Both the position numbers and the translations under genes were made by a program. A DNA stretch of 64,000 nucleotides from an uncultured Desulfosarcina sp. Lineage in GTDB: Bacteria > Desulfobacterota > Desulfobacteria > Desulfobacterales > Desulfosarcinaceae. Below, in pieces: positions 57,919 to 64,000 of the stretch. The stretch is from positions 1,920,001 through 1,984,000 of the forward strand of contig CAXXWQ010000004.1 of the NCBI GenBank assembly GCA_963674945.2, given 5' to 3'. The notes under the pieces were generated by a model, which saw nothing but the letters and a program-made list of their open reading frames with translations, had not been told where the DNA came from and did no database searches. How positions within the stretch are numbered: position 1 is the stretch's first letter; each line of letters opens with the position of its first letter.

Positions 57919-57953
57919 GAGCCGTGGGCAGACCAAATCCCACGGCTCTTTTT
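57919..57953 (+). terminator. Attenuator terminator
   Basis: GAGCCGTGGG/CCCACGGCTC 10-bp stem plus TTTTT. The 5' arm and loop overlap GGGCAGACC, complementary to GGTCTGCCC in the leader ORF. Confidence 0.85.
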
Positions 57954-57958
57954 ATGTT

Positions 57959-57989
57959 AAGGCCGTGGAGAACATCTCCCCGGCCTTTT
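57959..57989 (+). terminator. Second terminator-like hairpin in the leader
   Basis: AAGGCCG-t-GGAG...CTCC-c-CGGCCTT followed by TTGTAT. Confidence 0.55.
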
Positions 57990-58091
57990 GTATATCGGAA
58001 ATTGTAACACCTTCTAAGGAACTCGTTCGTCAATACAAATAAATAGAGGCTTCGTATCAAAAGCTTTTTAGAAAGTGAGACAACGCCCCCC

Positions 58092-59204
58092 ATGGATGCG
58101 CCCGAAGAGAAAACCGATAGTACGATGCCCACGGAAATTTGTGATATTCGAGACCAGATCGACAACATCGACAATACTATCCTGGAGTTGATCAATCGTC
58201 GGCTCAACCTTGCAAAGCGGATCGGCGAACTGAAAAAGGACGGCGGCACCCAGGTGGTGGACAGCACCCGGGAGAGTGAAATTCTCAGACGACTCACGGC
58301 CTTGAACAAAGGGCCGTTGAATCCCAACGTGCTGCACCACATCTTCATCGACATCATCGCCGCCGCGCGATCCATACAGGCATCCCAACGCGTCGCCTAC
58401 CTGGGGCCCGCGGCCACCTTCACCCATCTTGCCGCCACCAGCCACTTCGGCTACGCGGTCACCTACGTCCCCCAACCCAGCATCCGGGAAATTTTCAACG
58501 AGGTGGAAAAAGGCGCCTGCGACTATGGGGTGGTTCCGGTGGAGAACAGCGTAGAAGGATCGGTCCGGCACACCCTGGATCTCTTTTTCGAATCAGAACT
58601 TTGTATCTGCGCCGAGCGATACCAGCCTGTCTCCTACGACCTTCTCGCCCAACAGATCAACATCAACGCCATCGCGTCGGTCTACGCCCATTCTCAGGCG
58701 CTGAACCAGTGTCGAAACTGGCTCAATCAGTACCTGCCCGAAGCCACATGCGTGGAGTGCAGTTCCAGTGCCTTTGCCGTAGATCAGGCAACGAAGGACG
58801 AGACGGGCGCGGCCATCGCCGGTGTGGGCGCGGCCGCGATTTTCGGGCTGGAGGCGGTCGCCTCGAAAATCGAAGATTTTTCCCGTCCACCCACCCGATT
58901 TTTGGTCATCGGAAAGGAGAAGGTCCGACCATCAGGACGGGACAAGACATCTTTGATGTTCGCCCTGGCCCATGTACCCGGGGCCCTGGCCGGCGCACTG
59001 GCCCCCATTACCGATGCCGGCATCAACCTGGTCAAGATCGAATCCCGGCCCACGCGCCACGAAAACTGGAGCCACTTTTTCTTCATCGATCTGGAGGGAC
59101 ACATGGAAGAACAGCACATCAAACAGGCCATGGAATCGATCCAGCCTCATACCCTGTACCTGAAAAATCTCGGATCGTATCCGCTGATAGGGGTGGGCGT
59201 GTAG
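58092..59204 (+). CDS. pheA: Chorismate mutase / prephenate dehydratase (P-protein)
   Basis: AroQ domain IRDQIDNID...RESE, AYLGPAATFT, VPVENSVEG, TRF, ACT domain KIESRP. Confidence 0.95.
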   Translation: MDAPEEKTDSTMPTEICDIRDQIDNIDNTILELINRRLNLAKRIGELKKDGGTQVVDSTRESEILRRLTALNKGPLNPNVLHHIFIDIIAAARSIQASQRVAYLGPAATFTHLAATSHFGYAVTYVPQPSIREIFNEVEKGACDYGVVPVENSVEGSVRHTLDLFFESELCICAERYQPVSYDLLAQQININAIASVYAHSQALNQCRNWLNQYLPEATCVECSSSAFAVDQATKDETGAAIAGVGAAAIFGLEAVASKIEDFSRPPTRFLVIGKEKVRPSGRDKTSLMFALAHVPGALAGALAPITDAGINLVKIESRPTRHENWSHFFFIDLEGHMEEQHIKQAMESIQPHTLYLKNLGSYPLIGVGV

Positions 59205-59206
59205 TC

Positions 59207-60463
59207 ATGATCGAAATCAGACCCCATCGCATCGGCCATTGCCGGGTCCGGGTACCGGGATCGAAAAGCTATACCCATCGAACCCTTATCGGGGCGGCCC
59301 TGGCCGACGGCACCAGCCGGGTCCACCATCCCCTGCGAAGCCAGGACACGTTGTTGACCCTTTCTGCGCTGCAGAAAATGGGCGCGGTGGTGGATGACCG
59401 GGAGCACTCCGTCGAGATCCAGGGCGTAAACGGCCGGTTCGCCCCATGCGCCGACCCCATCTACCTGGCTAACTCCGGCACATCCATGCGACTTCTCACC
59501 GGCGTGGCGGCCCTGGGCCAGGGGACCTATACACTGACCGGCACCCGGCGAATGTACCATCGACCCATCGGCCACCTGCTTTCCGCCCTGAACCGGCTTG
59601 GTATCGATGCGCGGGCGGTGGACAATAACGACTGTCCACCGGTCACCATTCCGGGGGGACAGGTAAAAGGGGCAACGGTGACCATTAACTGCAGCGTGAG
59701 CAGCCAGTTTCTCTCCTCCTTGCTGCTCATGGCGCCGTGCACGGAAAAGGGGCTAACCATCACCGTCTCCCATGGACCGGTTTCCAGGCCCTACATCGAC
59801 ATGACCGTAAAAATCATGGAACTGTTCGGCATAGAGGTGACGCGAGAGGAGTATACGCGATTTCATGTGGCCGGCAAACAGGTCTATCGTGCCGGCGACT
59901 ATACCGTAGAACCCGATGCCTCCCAGGCCGGATACTTCTGGGGGGCGGCGGCCATCACCGGGGCAGCGGTTACCGTCCAGGGCGTTACCTTGGAATCCAG
60001 CCAGGGGGATGTGAACCTGGCCCGGGTCTTCGAACAGATGGGATGCACCGTGGATTACGACACCGATGGCATCACGGTGACCGGCGGTGAACTTCGGGCC
60101 GTAACCGTGGACATGGCCGACATGCCCGACATGGTCCCCACCCTGGCCGTGGTGGCCGCCTTCGCCCAGGGGACGACCGTTATCGAAAACGTCTCCCACC
60201 TCAAGGCAAAGGAGAGCGACCGGCTGGCATCCACCTGCGCCGAATTGAAGAAGATGGGCATCGAGGCGGTGGCGGAATCGGACCGGCTGCTTGTGACCGG
60301 CGGTACGCCCTGCGGCGCGACCATCGAAACCTACGACGATCACCGCATCGCCATGAGTTTCGCCATGGCCGGCCTCGTTGCGCCCGGCGTAAAGATCCTG
60401 GACCCCGGGTGTGTGGAAAAATCATTCCCCGATTTTTGGGAGGTATGGGAAGACCTCTACTAG
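59207..60463 (+). CDS. aroA: EPSP synthase
   Basis: [40 protein letters not shown]. Start MIEIR 2 nt after the pheA stop. Confidence 0.96.
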   Translation: MIEIRPHRIGHCRVRVPGSKSYTHRTLIGAALADGTSRVHHPLRSQDTLLTLSALQKMGAVVDDREHSVEIQGVNGRFAPCADPIYLANSGTSMRLLTGVAALGQGTYTLTGTRRMYHRPIGHLLSALNRLGIDARAVDNNDCPPVTIPGGQVKGATVTINCSVSSQFLSSLLLMAPCTEKGLTITVSHGPVSRPYIDMTVKIMELFGIEVTREEYTRFHVAGKQVYRAGDYTVEPDASQAGYFWGAAAITGAAVTVQGVTLESSQGDVNLARVFEQMGCTVDYDTDGITVTGGELRAVTVDMADMPDMVPTLAVVAAFAQGTTVIENVSHLKAKESDRLASTCAELKKMGIEAVAESDRLLVTGGTPCGATIETYDDHRIAMSFAMAGLVAPGVKILDPGCVEKSFPDFWEVWEDLY

Positions 60464-60473
60464 GAGAATACCT

Positions 60474-61553
60474 ATGTCCAGCACATTTGGAACATTATTG
60501 CGAGTATCCACATTCGGTGAGTCCCACTGCAAGGGGGTGGGGGCGATCCTGGACGGGTGCCTGCCCGGCATGCAGCTTGGCGAATCGGACATCCAGGCCC
60601 AACTGGACAGACGGCGCCCGGGACAGAGCAAGCTCTCCACCGATCGCCAGGAAGCAGACCGGGTGACGATCTTTTCCGGTGTGGAAAACGGCCTCACCCT
60701 GGGGACCCCCATCGGCCTCTTCGTGCCCAACAAGGACCAGCGACCCGGCGATTACAGGGAAATGAGCAAGGTCCCCCGCCCATCCCACGCGGACTACACA
60801 TACCAGGTGAAGTACGGCATCCGGGCATCTTCGGGCGGCGGCCGGTCCAGTGCCCGGGAGACCATCGGCCGGGTGGCGGCCGGGGCCATCGCGGAGAAAA
60901 TGCTCCGGGAGGCCCATGGCGTCGAGATTGTGGCCTGGGTCAGCGCCATCGGTGAGATCTGCGCCGGTGCCGTGGACGTACTGACCATCAACCGCGACAT
61001 GGTGGACCACACCCCGACCCGATGCCCCGACGCGGCGGCGGCCGATAAGATGGAACAACTGGTCGCCAGCACCAAGGAGAAAAAAGACAGCGTGGGCGGA
61101 ATCGTCACCTGCACATGCAGAAACGTTCCCGCCGGATGGGGCGAACCGGTCTTCGACAAGATGGAGGCAAAACTGGCCCATGCCATGCTCTCCATTCCCG
61201 CCACCAAGGGATTCGAGATCGGCTCCGGTTTTGCCGGCAGTCGCCTGACGGGCTCGGCGCACAACGACTCATTCACAGCCAAGGGCGACCGGCTGGGTAC
61301 CGCCACAAACAACAGCGGAGGCATCCAGGGCGGCATCTCCAACGGTGAACCGGTGATTTTCAAAGTGGCATTCAAACCGCCGGCCACCATCGGATTGGAA
61401 CAGGAAACGGTGGATTTCGACGGCAACCCGGTCACCCTTGCGGCCAAGGGAAGGCATGATCCGTGCGTCGTTCCCCGGGCCGTGCCCATCGTGGAGGCCA
61501 TGGCTGCACTGGTGTTGGGGGACTTAATGTTGAGACAAAAAATGAGATCGTAA
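60474..61553 (+). CDS. aroC: Chorismate synthase
   Basis: [43 protein letters not shown]. Confidence 0.97.
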   Translation: MSSTFGTLLRVSTFGESHCKGVGAILDGCLPGMQLGESDIQAQLDRRRPGQSKLSTDRQEADRVTIFSGVENGLTLGTPIGLFVPNKDQRPGDYREMSKVPRPSHADYTYQVKYGIRASSGGGRSSARETIGRVAAGAIAEKMLREAHGVEIVAWVSAIGEICAGAVDVLTINRDMVDHTPTRCPDAAAADKMEQLVASTKEKKDSVGGIVTCTCRNVPAGWGEPVFDKMEAKLAHAMLSIPATKGFEIGSGFAGSRLTGSAHNDSFTAKGDRLGTATNNSGGIQGGISNGEPVIFKVAFKPPATIGLEQETVDFDGNPVTLAAKGRHDPCVVPRAVPIVEAMAALVLGDLMLRQKMRS

Positions 61554-61554
61554 C

Positions 61555-62691
61555 ATGGCACTTCAATTATCCAATCGCATCCAACGGGTCGAAGGATCGA
61601 AAACCGCCCGCTTCATTCCACTGATGGAAGAGTTGCGGAAACAAGGGCGATCGGTGATCAGCCTCTCTATCGGCGAACCGACGGACGAGACGCCGGCTAA
61701 GGTGATCGACGGCACCAAGGCTGCTCTTGACCTCCAAAAAACCCGATACGGCGATATCGGCGGCCTTTCGGGCTTACGTACCACCCTGGCCGACGGGTTT
61801 GCCGGATGCAGCCCGGAAAACGTCGTCATCTGCAACGGATCAAAGCAGGCGCTTTACGCCATCTTCCAGACCATCTGTGATCCAGGTGACGAAGTGATCA
61901 TCCCTTTGCCCTGCTGGGTGAGCTTTTCCGAACAGGTCAAGCTGGCCGGCGGCCGGCCGGTGTTCGTTCCCACACGCGATCATCAGCTGGACACGGAGGC
62001 CATGGCGGCGGCGGTCACCGACAAGACCAAGGCGATCTTGATCAATTCCCCCAACAATCCCACCGGCGCGGTGTATCCGCGAAGGGATCTGGAACAAATC
62101 GCAAGGCTCGCATCGGCCCACGACCTCTTCTTGATCGCCGACGAGGCCTATGACTGGTTCGTCTACGACGATCAGTCCTGCGCATCCCTATACGATATGG
62201 CCGAGGTGCGGAACAGGGTCATCGTCACCCGAAGTTTTTCCAAGCACTACGCCATGACCGGATTTCGCGTGGGCTATGCCGTGGCCCCCACTGACGTGGC
62301 CCAGGCGTTGATTCGCCTGCAGAGCCACCTGACCGGCAACGTTTGCACCTTCGCCCAATACGGTGCCGTATCGGCCCTTGCCATGGGCGACGAACTCCTG
62401 GTCCGGCGCCGTCTGGTGCTGCAGCAAAAACGGGACCTGGCACTGGACCAACTCCACGGCCTTTTTCCCTGCATCCGCCCCCAGGGTGCTTTCTATCTCT
62501 TCCCTGACGTCTCCGACCACCTGAAAAAAGGGGAAACATCCGGTGATTTTGTTGCCCGCATCATCGAGGAGACGGCGGTGGTAATGGTTCCCGGCGAAGA
62601 CTTCGGCATGGACGGTCACGTTCGCATCTGCTTTGCCGTGCCCGACGATCAATTGGTGGAAGCATTCAGAAGGATTCGAGAGGTAATATGA
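61555..62691 (+). CDS. Class I PLP aminotransferase (AspC-like, candidate prephenate/aromatic aminotransferase)
   Basis: GEP, NGSKQAL, NSPNNPTG, DEAY, SFSKHYAMTGFRVG, GAFY. Confidence 0.92.
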   Translation: MALQLSNRIQRVEGSKTARFIPLMEELRKQGRSVISLSIGEPTDETPAKVIDGTKAALDLQKTRYGDIGGLSGLRTTLADGFAGCSPENVVICNGSKQALYAIFQTICDPGDEVIIPLPCWVSFSEQVKLAGGRPVFVPTRDHQLDTEAMAAAVTDKTKAILINSPNNPTGAVYPRRDLEQIARLASAHDLFLIADEAYDWFVYDDQSCASLYDMAEVRNRVIVTRSFSKHYAMTGFRVGYAVAPTDVAQALIRLQSHLTGNVCTFAQYGAVSALAMGDELLVRRRLVLQQKRDLALDQLHGLFPCIRPQGAFYLFPDVSDHLKKGETSGDFVARIIEETAVVMVPGEDFGMDGHVRICFAVPDDQLVEAFRRIREVI

Positions 62692-63422
62692 GCAGCATCG
62701 GTATCATCGGATTCGGGCGCTTCGGTGCGCTGGCAGCCCGCTACCTGTCCAGAGATTTCTTCGTCGTTGTTTCGACCCGGAGCAAAAAGGACGATGAGAT
62801 CAGCGCCTGCGGCGCAAGGCCCGTCACACTTGAGGCTGCCTGCCGACAACGAATCGTTATTTTGTGCATGCCCATCTCCGCCATGCGCGAAACCCTGGGC
62901 CGGGTATCGCCCTTTTTATTGCCCGGCACCATTGTCGTGGATGTATGCTCGGTGAAGGTCTATCCGGTACAATGGATGAAAGAACTGCTCCCCTCGACCG
63001 TTTCCATCCTGCCCACCCACCCCATGTTCGGCCCTGACAGCGCTGCAGACGGGTTAAAGGGCCGCAAAATCGTATTATGCCCCGAAAACGAAAGGATCAA
63101 AACCGGCCCCTACGAAAAGATCAAGGCCTGGATGGAAGAAAAGGGTCTTGTTGTCATTCAGACCACGGCCGAAGAGCACGACGAGAAGATCGCCGTGAGC
63201 CTCTCCCTCACCCACTTTATCGGACGCAGCCTGTCGGCCTTCGGCGCAAGAGACCTGGACATCGATACCGAGGGGTACAAACGGCTCATGCACATCTTAG
63301 GGGTGGTCAGTCACGACACATGGCAGCTTTTCGAGGACATGAACACCTACAACCCCTATGCCAAACAAAAACGCCAGGCGTTCATGGACGCCATGGCCAA
63401 CATTCACGAAAGGCTTGGCTGA
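62688..63422 (+). CDS. tyrA: TyrA-family prephenate/arogenate dehydrogenase (short form)
   Basis: GIIGFGRFG, DVCSVK, THPMFGP, EEHD. Confidence 0.9.
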   Translation: MSSIGIIGFGRFGALAARYLSRDFFVVVSTRSKKDDEISACGARPVTLEAACRQRIVILCMPISAMRETLGRVSPFLLPGTIVVDVCSVKVYPVQWMKELLPSTVSILPTHPMFGPDSAADGLKGRKIVLCPENERIKTGPYEKIKAWMEEKGLVVIQTTAEEHDEKIAVSLSLTHFIGRSLSAFGARDLDIDTEGYKRLMHILGVVSHDTWQLFEDMNTYNPYAKQKRQAFMDAMANIHERLG

Positions 63423-64000
63423 TGAAAGTTGCATTCCAAGGAATTCGAGGCGCTTACAGCGAGATGGCCCTGCACGAACATTTCGGCAACGACGTGGAGG
63501 CGGTAAGTTGCGACACCTTCGACGACGTGTTCGAACTGGTCAACAAGGGCGAGGTGACCTATGGCTTCATCCCCGTGGAAAATACCATCGCCGGAACCGT
63601 GGTGGAGAATTACGACCTCCTCTTTGCCAATGAACTCTTCGTGATCGCCGAAGCCTACCTGCCCGTCCGTCATACTCTTCTGGCCAAACGAGGAGCGAAG
63701 CTCGACGAGATCAAGGAGGCCTTTTCCCATCCCCACGCGCTCAAGCAGTGCAAGGCCTATCTGAAGTCCCAGAATATCCGGATGCGCCCCACCTACGACA
63801 CGGCCGGGGCGGCCCAGGCCGTGTCCGCCGGAGATCGCATGGATTGCGCCGCCATCGCCTCGGAATTGTGTGCCGAGATCTATGACATGGAAATCCTGGA
63901 ACGAAACATACAGACCAACAGCACCAACACCACCCGCTTTTTCGTCATCGCCAAGAACGAGAATGTTCCGGATGATTATGAGCGACAGAAGACCACCGTT
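63422..64000 (+). CDS. Second prephenate/arogenate dehydratase domain protein, 3' end beyond the window
   Basis: Absent from the ORF track. Manual translation MKVAFQGIRGAYSE...IPVENTIAG...SHPHALKQC...DTAGAA...NTTRFFVI. ATG overlaps the tyrA stop. Confidence 0.92.
   Translation, partial: MKVAFQGIRGAYSEMALHEHFGNDVEAVSCDTFDDVFELVNKGEVTYGFIPVENTIAGTVVENYDLLFANELFVIAEAYLPVRHTLLAKRGAKLDEIKEAFSHPHALKQCKAYLKSQNIRMRPTYDTAGAAQAVSAGDRMDCAAIASELCAEIYDMEILERNIQTNSTNTTRFFVIAKNENVPDDYERQKTTV

Noticed and set aside
57854..58375. 173-aa minus-strand ORF across the pheA leader
   Set aside because: Antisense to pheA and the attenuator, with no motifs or RBS.
58601..59206. Apparent 200-aa N-terminal extension on AroA (620-aa ORF)
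   Set aside because: It overlaps pheA in another frame, and EPSP synthase similarity begins at ATG 59207.

Overview
This is a chromosomal window from an anaerobic Desulfobacterota-type bacterium. A Desulfosarcina/Desulfobacterales-like origin is inferred from gene content, sigma54 usage and intergenic repeat style, not confirmed. From left to right it holds: a secreted VIT-VWA protein cut by the window edge; a signalling block (two hybrid histidine kinases, a PLD lipoprotein, a sigma54 response regulator, an MCP, a PAS protein); a FecR-TPR-beta-barrel outer-membrane receptor followed by a small Cys-loop protein; a GntR-trpB-trpA operon with an AT-rich inserted gene and a decayed second copy of the trpA 3' end; a triple-PBP sensor kinase; aroE-aroK; a stretch of gene fragments; an acyl-CoA cluster around icmF with palindromic repeats in most gaps; a group 3b NiFe hydrogenase operon and an Ech operon with near-identical sigma54 promoters; and a pheA-aroA-aroC-aminotransferase-tyrA-PDT operon. 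Best candidates for undescribed systems: (1) an unannotated 24-codon leader peptide rich in both Phe and Tyr, with an antiterminator and two tandem terminators, upstream of the aromatic operon; (2) an NsrA-like receptor whose barrel half and downstream 78-aa Cys-loop gene are AT-rich, suggesting a swappable receptor/ligand cassette, with tandem perfect CRP-type boxes upstream; (3) a small membrane protein whose motif matches the sensor helices of the kinase it is coupled to. No rRNA, tRNA, CRISPR array or intact transposase was seen. All family assignments come from reading motifs by eye; no database searches were run.
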